In this document: positions 28,431 through 36,742 of the stretch, one piece after another
Numbering within the stretch: position 1 is the first letter of the stretch
Layout: every line of letters begins with the position of its first letter
Source of the DNA: Alphaproteobacteria bacterium
Lineage (GTDB): Bacteria > Pseudomonadota > Alphaproteobacteria > JAGOMX01
Length of the DNA stretch: 64,000 nt
Assembly: GCA_017993335.1 (NCBI GenBank)
Contig: JAGOMX010000003.1
Coordinates: 790-64,789 of the forward strand
Direction: 5' to 3'
The notes under the pieces: model-generated
The model's input: the letters and a program-made list of their open reading frames with translations, nothing else
Databases searched by the model: none
Told to the model about the DNA's origin: nothing
Program-made: the position numbers and the translations under genes

Positions 28431-31162
28431 GTCTGACCTATACCTGAATCCACAACGATGGGAACCTTTAAGGAAACGGCTGATTCCATAAGGGGTTTAA
28501 CCACGGAGATGGTTGCTTCTAACTGGTGATCGGGGACTTCAAAAATCAGTTCGTCGTGGATCTGCAATAACATTTTTGCGTCTAGATTTTCCAGACTTAA
28601 GGCCGCATGGACTTGAATCATGGCTTTTTTAATGAGATCCGATACGGTCCCTTGCAGCGGTGCATTGATGGCGGCTCGTTCTGCAAAGCCGCGGCGGGAA
28701 GGATTTTTATCGTTTATCTCTGGTAGAAAGCACTTGCGGCCAAAAAGGGTTTTGACATACCCATATTCATGCGCAGTTTGTTTTTGGGCTTCCATATAAG
28801 TTTTGATGCCTGGATAGCGTTCTAAATAGACGTTGATAAACTTAGCCGCATCCGAGCGCGGAATACGCAGCTGACGAGATAATCCATGGGCACTCATGCC
28901 GTAGATAATCCCAAAGTTTATCACCTTGGCCCGGCTACGCATTTCTGAATCCACTTGTTCTATCGGCACACCAAAAACCTCTGACGCGGTTATTTTGTGA
29001 ATATCATAGTTATGATGAAAGGCATATTGCAGTTGGGGGATATCGGCCATATGAGCCAATAGGCGCAGCTCAATTTGAGAATAATCTAAGGATAGCAATT
29101 TGTGTCCAGCTGCGGCCTCAAAAGCGCCACGAATTTTAACGCCTTCCTCTGAATGAACAGGGATGTTTTGCAAGTTTGGGTTATTAGAAGAAAGCCGGCC
29201 AGTGGATGTGACCGTCATGCCAAACGATGTATGAATCCGACCTGTCTTGCGATTAATTTGTAAAGGCAGGGCATCCGTATATGTGCTCTTCAATTTCGCC
29301 AAGTGACGCCAATCTAAAATGACGGAGGGTAGGGCATGGCCTTGCGCGGCTAAATCTTCCAGGATATCGGCTCCCGTAGAAAAGGCTCCCGTTTTGGAGC
29401 TTTTTTTGCCCACATCTAATCCCATCTCCTCAAATAAAATGTCGGCCAATTGCTTGGGCGAGGCAATGTTAAACTCTCGCCCAGCCATGTGATAAATCTC
29501 TTTTTCCAATAGGGCGAGGCGTGCAGAAAAATCCGCACTCATGGCTTTTAGCTTTTGTACATTTACGCCAATTCCCGTTGCCTCCATTTGTGCCAGCACG
29601 GATATCATCGGCTTGTCCAGTGTTTCATAGACCGTGGATTGGGATTCTTTCACCAGTCGGGTTTTTAAGAAATTATATAAACGGCCGGTTATATCGGCAT
29701 CTTCGGCCGCATACTTGCAGGCCGCCTCTAAAGGAACCTCATCAAAGGTGAGTTGACTTTTTCCTTTGCCCGCCACATCTGAAAAAGGAATGGTTTGATA
29801 GTCCAGAAATAATCTAGCCAACTCATCCATGCCATGCCCATGGGTCGTGCCATCCAGCACATAAGACATGACCATGGTATCTTCAATGGGGGAAATCTCC
29901 ACCCCATACCGGCGCATCACCAGCATATCGTATTTAATGTTTTGTCCAATTTTTATAATCGCGGCATTTTCCAAGAGGGGCTTAAGCGCGGTGAGTGCCT
30001 CGTTCATCGGTATTTGTACCATGTCGTCGGCTTTATGATCAAAATCGAATAGATCTTTTTTGCGAGCCCGATGGCCGAGGGGAATATAACAGGCGGAACC
30101 TTCTTCTACCGACAAAGATATCCCAACGAGGTCCACAGACATCGGGTCTAACCCGGTCGTCTCCGTATCAAAGACCACGTAACCGCAGTCCACTATCTTT
30201 TGTATCCAGCGCTGCAATGCGGGCATGTCTTGGATCAGTTCATAGTGACCGCTTTTGTGCACGGGCGCATCGGGTAATTCCCCGCCCAATTTAAAACCAC
30301 GTTTTTCTAGCCGTGCCTTCACAGCTGTAAATTTTTGTTCGTTTAAGAAGGCTAGCAGTTCAACCTCATGAGGCTCTGTAAAGACAAATGACGCAATAGA
30401 TTCTTCCACCGGCACATCTTTTTTTAATGTTACGAGCTGATAGCTTAGACGCGCATTGTGAGCATTTTCCTGTAGCTTTTCACGGCGTTTTGGTTGTTTT
30501 ATCTCATGGGCATGGGCGAGTAAATTTTCTAAATCGCCATAGGTTTGGATGAGTTCAGCCGCAGTCTTTATACCAATTCCTGGCACACCCGGTACGTTAT
30601 CACTGGAATCACCAGCTAAAGCCTGGACGTCAATCACCTTATTGGGCGTCACGCCAAACTTCTCGAAGACTTCGGCGATACCAATGTCTCTGTTTCGGAT
30701 GGGGTCGAACATAACAATTTTTTCTGTGACCAGCTGCATCAAATCTTTATCCGATGATAAAATGGTTACATCCATATCTTGCGCCACGGCAATCTCTGCG
30801 TAGGTTGCAATTAAATCATCGGCCTCAAATCCTGGCATTTCCACCATGGCCACATTAAAGGCTTTACAAGCTTCCCGTACGAGGGAAAACTGCGGAATAA
30901 GCTCTATAGGTGTTTCTTCCCGGTTGGCTTTATATTCCGAATAAATCTCATTACGAAATGTTTTGCGAGAGCTATCAAAGACAACTGCGATATGATCTGC
31001 TTTCATATCCAGGATCAATTTGATCAACATATTCGTAAAGCCCAAAACCGCGTTTATGGGAGTGCCATCAGGTCGTGTTAACGGAGGCAAAGCATGAAAG
31101 GCTCTGAAAATATAACCAGAGCCATCTACCAGATATAAGTGATTTTTATTTTTTTCTGTCAT
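28415..31162 (-). CDS. polA: DNA polymerase I
   Basis: 915 aa with a 5'-3' exonuclease N-terminus (LYLVDGSGYIFRAFHA), a 3'-5' exonuclease region, and polymerase motifs A (LLSLDYSQIELR) and B (RRGFAERAAINAPLQGTVSD). Confidence 0.95.
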   Translation of the reverse strand: MTEKNKNHLYLVDGSGYIFRAFHALPPLTRPDGTPINAVLGFTNMLIKLILDMKADHIAVVFDSSRKTFRNEIYSEYKANREETPIELIPQFSLVREACKAFNVAMVEMPGFEADDLIATYAEIAVAQDMDVTILSSDKDLMQLVTEKIVMFDPIRNRDIGIAEVFEKFGVTPNKVIDVQALAGDSSDNVPGVPGIGIKTAAELIQTYGDLENLLAHAHEIKQPKRREKLQENAHNARLSYQLVTLKKDVPVEESIASFVFTEPHEVELLAFLNEQKFTAVKARLEKRGFKLGGELPDAPVHKSGHYELIQDMPALQRWIQKIVDCGYVVFDTETTGLDPMSVDLVGISLSVEEGSACYIPLGHRARKKDLFDFDHKADDMVQIPMNEALTALKPLLENAAIIKIGQNIKYDMLVMRRYGVEISPIEDTMVMSYVLDGTTHGHGMDELARLFLDYQTIPFSDVAGKGKSQLTFDEVPLEAACKYAAEDADITGRLYNFLKTRLVKESQSTVYETLDKPMISVLAQMEATGIGVNVQKLKAMSADFSARLALLEKEIYHMAGREFNIASPKQLADILFEEMGLDVGKKSSKTGAFSTGADILEDLAAQGHALPSVILDWRHLAKLKSTYTDALPLQINRKTGRIHTSFGMTVTSTGRLSSNNPNLQNIPVHSEEGVKIRGAFEAAAGHKLLSLDYSQIELRLLAHMADIPQLQYAFHHNYDIHKITASEVFGVPIEQVDSEMRSRAKVINFGIIYGMSAHGLSRQLRIPRSDAAKFINVYLERYPGIKTYMEAQKQTAHEYGYVKTLFGRKCFLPEINDKNPSRRGFAERAAINAPLQGTVSDLIKKAMIQVHAALSLENLDAKMLLQIHDELIFEVPDHQLEATISVVKPLMESAVSLKVPIVVDSGIGQTWADT

Positions 31163-31225
31163 CTATCTGGAATAGCACAGCTCACGCCAAAGGCAAACAG
31201 CAAATATGGCGTAAAGTTTAATGAC

Positions 31226-32557
31226 TTAATTTTTTGGCACATACATCACGACTTCAATCGGGCGGAGTTCGTTGTCATCGGATATATTGAAGATGTGCAT
31301 TTGCTCGCCCGGGATAATAAAGTTTTCATCCATGGTTGCCTCGAAGAGAATGACGCCTTTAGCCGGGGCTAATTGTAGCTTATCATTTCCAGAGACCATT
31401 TGACGTTCTAGACCTAAAACCCGTGTATCCATAGCGCTCGTTACAAAAGAATCTGTAACAATAACGCAATTCTTAACCCAGTTGGAGAGATCCTGCATGG
31501 ACATACTGTTGGAGGCTTTGGCACCAAGAATGTAGGTTTGTCCCAGCCATTCTTTGCGCAGAAGGAGAGAAAAATCACGACCTTTTTTAACGAAAGGTAC
31601 AACGGCATAGCCTTCTTGGATGCGGTCGATCATTAAGAAGATAAAGTTTACCACCTGATCATAAGTCGCCTCAAGCCTGTCATGATCATAGGCATCAAAA
31701 ATAGGTGGGATCTGTGAGGGGTGTAAGGCCGCTACATGCCCGGCGAGGCCACATAAACTGATGTATAACTGAAAAGGGTGTGCGACTTGAGAGTTAAGGT
31801 TGGCCTCGAACGGGATTAACCCTGTGGATAGGGCGCGCACCGCATCTTCAGCGTCCCTGGTCATATAGCCTTCGGTGCGGCTGAGCATTCGTTCAGAAAG
31901 ATAGGCAACTTTCTCGCGTATGCGTGAGCATATAAATATACATTTTTTACCTAACGCAGAGTTCTTGGTAACCTTTAAAACGGGTGGAATATAATCTTTA
32001 CGTATGTAGGCATTGGATTCCCTTTGTAGGCTCATCAGCGGAAAGCAGGCAAACGTACTCGGTGGTTTTGTTCCCACAAACAACGAGGCATTTGGAACCA
32101 GTCGGGGGATACGAATTTGTCCGGAGCCTGTGTTTTCATCCACCACATCTCGGCCCTCGACAGAGCTAAAACGGGACTCATTATTATTGGCATTTGCACT
32201 GCCGTGGATGTAACGGGGTATGCCTAAATAGATAGTTTGCGGGCCCTTTTCAAAATCACTTTCATAAGGGGTGAGGTCTAAAGAAATGTGCTCGCCTTCA
32301 CTGGCATAGGATGAAATCACCGTTGAATCCGGCATAATGGCTTCAAGACCTGTAATCTGCAGTATGCCGTTTACCAATAAAGAGTCTTCAATTTCCAGAA
32401 AGCGTAAACCCCAGTGATAAGGTGATATTTCCGATATGTGAAAATCTAACAACTCCTGTTGACGGACATCGTTCTGTTGAAAGTGTTGGGGCAGCAATAG
32501 CATGCCTTCATGCCACTGGATTGCGTCTGTTTTCAGTTTAATCACGTTCAACCTCAC
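31226..32557 (-). CDS. tssK: Type VI secretion baseplate protein TssK-like (ImpJ/VasE family)
   Basis: 443 aa. The N-terminal ...IQWHEGMLLLPQHFQQND... is the hallmark TssK opening (compare WxEGMFLxPQHFQQ), and the length matches TssK (~445 aa). Confidence 0.7.
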   Translation of the reverse strand: MRLNVIKLKTDAIQWHEGMLLLPQHFQQNDVRQQELLDFHISEISPYHWGLRFLEIEDSLLVNGILQITGLEAIMPDSTVISSYASEGEHISLDLTPYESDFEKGPQTIYLGIPRYIHGSANANNNESRFSSVEGRDVVDENTGSGQIRIPRLVPNASLFVGTKPPSTFACFPLMSLQRESNAYIRKDYIPPVLKVTKNSALGKKCIFICSRIREKVAYLSERMLSRTEGYMTRDAEDAVRALSTGLIPFEANLNSQVAHPFQLYISLCGLAGHVAALHPSQIPPIFDAYDHDRLEATYDQVVNFIFLMIDRIQEGYAVVPFVKKGRDFSLLLRKEWLGQTYILGAKASNSMSMQDLSNWVKNCVIVTDSFVTSAMDTRVLGLERQMVSGNDKLQLAPAKGVILFEATMDENFIIPGEQMHIFNISDDNELRPIEVVMYVPKN

Positions 32558-33078
32558 TCTGATTCTTTATGGTATTCGATAATAGGGTCATAGCTTTTTT
32601 CTTCATAGGTTTCGAACCCATCTCGCATGAGGTGAATAACCAAATTTTCCTGGGTGCCAATGACTTTTCTATGGTCGCCCGGTGCGATAAAGCGGGCAAA
32701 TATAACCGCGCCCAAAGGGCTCGTCTTTTTGTATCTGAGTTTTTCAAAGTTTACGCTTCTGCCAGGAACCACTTCCCAATGAAAGACTTCAATGGCTTGT
32801 GGAAAATCTCTTTTAATTTGCTGGATGCTCTCGAAGTATTTCTCAGCGTTCATCGCCATGACGATTTTCAGGAGATTCTCATCATACACAGCAATTAAAT
32901 CTACGGCGGTTGCGGATGTCTGGTTGGCATCGCTATCGACCTGAAGGCTCACGCTATCGGTATAAAAGCTCGGGCTAATCGGGCCGATGCACCCACTTAA
33001 GACAAAAGCAAAACCCAAGGCAAGCCATGTGACAGGACGGAATAAATTAGATGTTGGCTGAATCGTTGGACATATCAT
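32554..33078 (-). CDS. TssJ-like outer-membrane lipoprotein (putative T6SS lipoprotein)
   Basis: 174 aa with a signal peptide and lipobox LSGC. The mature ~140 aa follows the TssJ sequence pattern, comparing LIAVYDENLLK...EVFHWEVVPGRSVNFE...LGAVIFARFIAPGDHRKV with P. aeruginosa TssJ1 LVVRLYQLKS...LVLRPGETRTLEW...FVGVVAGYRDLDRARW. Overlaps tssK by 4 nt. Confidence 0.5.
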   Translation of the reverse strand: MICPTIQPTSNLFRPVTWLALGFAFVLSGCIGPISPSFYTDSVSLQVDSDANQTSATAVDLIAVYDENLLKIVMAMNAEKYFESIQQIKRDFPQAIEVFHWEVVPGRSVNFEKLRYKKTSPLGAVIFARFIAPGDHRKVIGTQENLVIHLMRDGFETYEEKSYDPIIEYHKESE

Positions 33079-33974
33079 GAGCCAGATTCCTTTGGATTAC
33101 CTTGTGTCATCGTGACTTTACCCCAAAGCGCATATGGCTTTGGTAGTTTCGTGAGGTAGGTCTTTGCCTCCGCGTAGGTCTTAAAATTTCCCGCATTAAT
33201 GACGTAGTTGGTTCTGGATTCAATATTCGTTGTTGTGCCAATAAATGTGGGTATCTTTAGCTTTTCCAGTTCTGCTCGCATACTTTCTGCTTGTGTCCTG
33301 GAGTCGGTTTGACCAATTTCTACGGTATAGAATGAGGAGGGTGCCGTTGAATCCAAGGGTGGACGAGTGATTGCCGTTGTAGCTGCCTGGGTTGTTTTTT
33401 CGGTTTCGCCCTTTAAAGTTTTAACTTCATCTTTCAGATTCGCAGCGGAACTTTTAACCTCGATCGCCTGGCCTGTGACGTCGTTGACGGCCGCGGCGCC
33501 TGGAACATTAGACTCCGCCAGTTGTGAGGTTATGTTTTGCGCCATCTGGGCGAGGCGATCACCTTCCTCAGCAGGTTCCTGTGATTCCGCAGGCTTTGGT
33601 GCTGCCGCTGTTTCTTTCTTCTCTGCCGCAGCAGCTTGTTTTTTTTGTTCGATAGCTTGCGGGAAGAAAGCGTATGACACTAAAAATCCAGCCGCAAAAA
33701 AACATAAGCCCATCATGGCTGAACCGATGAGGATAGAGATAACTGTCGTGCGTCCCATGGTGATCGTGATCCGTTCGTCTTGAGGTAAGGGAGTGTTCGA
33801 ATAATTAGATGTACCTGATTCCGGCAAGGCAGAGGCTATAGCGGCGTCTTCTTCCTTAGGGGAAACAGCTTTTAAATAGGCGGGTATATCGGGTTTTTCT
33901 GAGTCATTGTTATAACGCAGACTTTTGCTACGGGAGTTTAGACGTTCCGATTTTGAATCCCTTGGGGTCGCCAT
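33075..33974 (-). CDS. Bitopic inner-membrane protein with a periplasmic Ala/Glu-rich linker and a C-terminal SPOR (peptidoglycan-binding) domain
   Basis: 299 aa. A ~75-aa cytoplasmic N-terminus is followed by one TM helix (VISILIGSAMMGLCFFAAGFLV). The C-terminal ~75 aa fit the SPOR fold pattern (YTVEIGQTDSRTQAESMRAELEKL...YVINAGNFKTYAEAKTYLTKL). Overlaps the lipoprotein gene by 4 nt. Confidence 0.65.
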   Translation of the reverse strand: MATPRDSKSERLNSRSKSLRYNNDSEKPDIPAYLKAVSPKEEDAAIASALPESGTSNYSNTPLPQDERITITMGRTTVISILIGSAMMGLCFFAAGFLVSYAFFPQAIEQKKQAAAAEKKETAAAPKPAESQEPAEEGDRLAQMAQNITSQLAESNVPGAAAVNDVTGQAIEVKSSAANLKDEVKTLKGETEKTTQAATTAITRPPLDSTAPSSFYTVEIGQTDSRTQAESMRAELEKLKIPTFIGTTTNIESRTNYVINAGNFKTYAEAKTYLTKLPKPYALWGKVTMTQGNPKESGS

Positions 33975-34066
33975 GGTGCCTCTGTTCTTTAATTATTACT
34001 TTTTTATTAACGTATCACGGGATGGTTCACCCTGACAAGGCCATATGGAAGGGTTCAGGACAAAAT

Positions 34067-35215
34067 TTACTTATAAACGGATTTATATACTTCCAAGGTA
34101 TGGCTGCACATTTTTGTTTTTGTGTACGTTGCTGTAACAAAGGCTCTAGCCGTTGCGGCGTAGAGATTTGTTTCTTGCGGGGTCAGGCTGAAAACTTCCC
34201 GGATGCAGGTGGCTAAGTCTAGGCTATCTTTATTACGGAATTTCCATCCCGTCTCCTTATGTGTAATTAAGTGACGAGGCTCACCAATGTCAGAGGCGAT
34301 AATGGGCGTGCCCATGGCTTGTGATTCGATGATTACGCGGCCAAACGCTTCGGCTTGTGTTGTGGGGCAGACGACCATATCCGCAAGAGCATAAGCGGTC
34401 GGCATGTCTTGTGTGGCAGGTTGAATCAGAATGCGCTTGTTCAGCTTTAAGTTGTTAATCTTTTCCTGTAGTTCCCCCATATAAGCAGAACGGTTTTCTT
34501 GCCCGCCTAAAAGCACAGCTGTCCATTCAAGATCTTGCAGGTGATATAGGGCGTCAATGAGCACGTGATGGCCCTTTAGCCGAGTCATGCGGGCTGGCAT
34601 TAAAATGATTTTTGCAGGACCGTCAATTCCCCAAGATTTCTTTAAGTGTTGCTTCTCTTTTTCTTGGATATTTTGTGGATCAAAAAAAACTTCATCAATA
34701 CCTCGGGGAATGAGATGCAGCTTTGTCCCGTAAGATTTAAGGGTTTGCGGATAATTTTTAAGGACATACGTCATCATAAAATTAGAAATAATAATCGTGT
34801 CTGTTGTGCGTACCATGATGGAGTTATAAAACCGCTTCAAAAAATTGCGAGCGCTATGGTGGCCATGAAAGGTTGTTATAAACGGAATCCCACATTTTTT
34901 TGCGGCAAAATAAGCAATCCACGCGGGCCAACGAGATCGAGCATGAATAAGGCCAATCTGGTTTTCTTGAATGATTTTGCACAACTGACGAAAAATCCCC
35001 CATGCCTTGAAAATCGATTTATTCTGCAAGGGGAGGGTAATATGTGTGGCACCCTTGTCGCAGGCTTCTTTGGCTTTTGATCCTCCGGAGGAGGCAATAA
35101 AAGAAATGTGGCCTTCTTGTACCAGACTGTGAGAAATAGCCAATGTGCCTTCTTCGACACCACCGGTGCCAAAGGATGGTAAAATTTGTAAAATCCTCAT
35201 TTTAATCATAGTCAT
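34067..35215 (-). CDS. Glycosyltransferase family 4 (GT-B fold)
   Basis: 382 aa with a C-terminal EX7E-type motif (EAFGRVIIESQAMGTPII) and an N-terminal glycine-rich sugar-donor region. Confidence 0.8.
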   Translation of the reverse strand: MTMIKMRILQILPSFGTGGVEEGTLAISHSLVQEGHISFIASSGGSKAKEACDKGATHITLPLQNKSIFKAWGIFRQLCKIIQENQIGLIHARSRWPAWIAYFAAKKCGIPFITTFHGHHSARNFLKRFYNSIMVRTTDTIIISNFMMTYVLKNYPQTLKSYGTKLHLIPRGIDEVFFDPQNIQEKEKQHLKKSWGIDGPAKIILMPARMTRLKGHHVLIDALYHLQDLEWTAVLLGGQENRSAYMGELQEKINNLKLNKRILIQPATQDMPTAYALADMVVCPTTQAEAFGRVIIESQAMGTPIIASDIGEPRHLITHKETGWKFRNKDSLDLATCIREVFSLTPQETNLYAATARAFVTATYTKTKMCSHTLEVYKSVYK

Positions 35216-35272
35216 AACCTTTGTTCAGGTAGAAAATCTTAAAAGCATAGTAACCGTTAAGCCCGAGATATC

Positions 35273-35456
35273 CAGGGCCTACGCATGAAAATTGCACAAA
35301 AACCTGTCACATCTGCGCAAGGAGTGCGGCGCAGCCGCTACAGTATTGATATATTGCAGAGGCTTCGCCTCACATGTTGCGCTGGACACCTGCCTTCGCA
35401 GGTGTGACAGGTGTGGACGTCACTTCCTCTCTTAAATTTTTCATGCGTAGGCCCTG
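35273..35456. mobile_element. MITE-like non-autonomous element, family A (copy A1), with perfect 19-bp TIRs and a 10-bp target-site duplication
   Basis: TIRs are cagggcctacgcatgaaaa ... ttttcatgcgtaggccctg. The element is flanked by the direct repeat ccgagatatc (35263-35272 and 35457-35466). Its internal sequence is shared with the copies at 62156 and 60902. Confidence 0.7.
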
Positions 35457-35530
35457 CCGAGATATCGTTTTGACTCAGGGTGAGCTTGTGATAGTATATA
35501 TAGTATCGATAATTATGATATGCAAAAAAA

Positions 35531-36724
35531 ATGAATGATACGCGTAAATATATATTATTCGGAACGCTAGGCGTTATAGGCTTGCTAACGATTCTTGGGC
35601 TGTGGTGGCGATATGCCGGATCCGGGTCGGGTTCTCCTATGGGGTCAGCAATTGCTGTTGAGATCGAAGAGGTGCGCATGGGCTCTATCGTGCAGCGCAT
35701 TAAGGTTGTGGGCACCTTGCGGGCCGATAACGAGGTTACCATTCATCCGGAAATTGATGGTCGTATCAAAAAAATAAACTTCCAAGAAGGTCAATTGGTG
35801 AATGCTGGCGATCCTTTGGTGGAGATCGAGGATGCTTCTTATCAGGCCAAATCTAAAGAAGCACAAGCCCTGCTGAACTTTGCCAAATTGGAGCTGGATC
35901 GCTATACGCGGTTAACAGATCAAAGCGCGGGTTCCTTAAAAAATAAGGAAAGAGCACAATCGGAGTTATTGCAGGCAGAGGCTCGTTATGCCCAGGCAGC
36001 GTTGCAGCTAGAGCATACAATTATAAAGGCGCCTTTTACCGGTTATGTGGGGCTGAAGCAGTTCAGCGTGGGTGCGCTTATTGATCCACGGATAGAGTTG
36101 CTCACGATCGTAGACGTGGATCCTATAAAGGTTGACTATCGTGTGCCGGCGAAATACTTGCGTTCTTTAAGCAAGGGACAAGAAGTGAAAGTTACGGTAG
36201 ACAGCTTTCCAGATGAAATTTTTCGGGCGCGGATTGATGCCTTGGATCCTAAGGTTGACTCTGCGGCGAACAGTGTTCTCGTGAGGGCCTTAATTCCTAA
36301 TAAAGATGGCCGCTTGAAGCCAGGGTTGTTTGCCCGGGTGGATATGGTTGTGGGGTCTAAGGATGACGCTCTTTTGCTGCCGGAATCCTCTGTGTTGACA
36401 TCCGGGGATGAATCCTCTGTTTATGTGGTTGAGGAGGCAGACACGCCTAATGGTAAAGTATCCTATGCACGAAAAGTTCAAGTGGTTGTCGGCATAAGTG
36501 AATCTGGTATTGTGGAGATCCAAAGAGGTTTAAAAGACAAGGAAAAAGTTATTTCTGTCGGACAAACAAAAGTACAAAACGGATATCCAGTGCGGATTGT
36601 TAATGACATTAATGATGAGAGCGAATTTGACGAAAGCTTAAATAAAATGTCAACGGCAGATAAGGCAGAAAAACCTAAAGAAAATGCTGGTTCATCGTCT
36701 GAAGAAGGCGATAAAAATCAATAA
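35531..36724 (+). CDS. RND efflux periplasmic adaptor (membrane fusion protein, HlyD/AcrA family)
   Basis: 397 aa with an N-terminal TM/signal, a coiled-coil hairpin and a lipoyl/beta-barrel region (PGLFARVDMVVG). Located upstream of the RND pump gene. Confidence 0.85.
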   Translation: MNDTRKYILFGTLGVIGLLTILGLWWRYAGSGSGSPMGSAIAVEIEEVRMGSIVQRIKVVGTLRADNEVTIHPEIDGRIKKINFQEGQLVNAGDPLVEIEDASYQAKSKEAQALLNFAKLELDRYTRLTDQSAGSLKNKERAQSELLQAEARYAQAALQLEHTIIKAPFTGYVGLKQFSVGALIDPRIELLTIVDVDPIKVDYRVPAKYLRSLSKGQEVKVTVDSFPDEIFRARIDALDPKVDSAANSVLVRALIPNKDGRLKPGLFARVDMVVGSKDDALLLPESSVLTSGDESSVYVVEEADTPNGKVSYARKVQVVVGISESGIVEIQRGLKDKEKVISVGQTKVQNGYPVRIVNDINDESEFDESLNKMSTADKAEKPKENAGSSSEEGDKNQ

Positions 36725-36742
36725 AAATAAGAGTGTCATTTC

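Noticed and set aside
29521-30803. Several 70-100-aa plus-strand ORFs inside polA
   Set aside because: They are antisense to a complete, well-conserved polA reading frame. Such frames are common in genes with this composition.
33075-33974. Interpreting the SPOR-domain protein as a divergent TssL
   Set aside because: Its cytoplasmic N-terminus is only ~75 aa, whereas the TssL/DotU cytoplasmic domain is ~180 aa. It has a single TM followed by a long periplasmic linker and a SPOR domain, which is the opposite of TssL's mostly cytoplasmic topology. It is better described as an accessory peptidoglycan-binding partner.
35338-35742. 134-aa minus-strand ORF overlapping MITE A1 and the start of the membrane-fusion-protein gene
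   Set aside because: It runs antisense through the MITE and the leader/start of a confidently called gene, with no homology.
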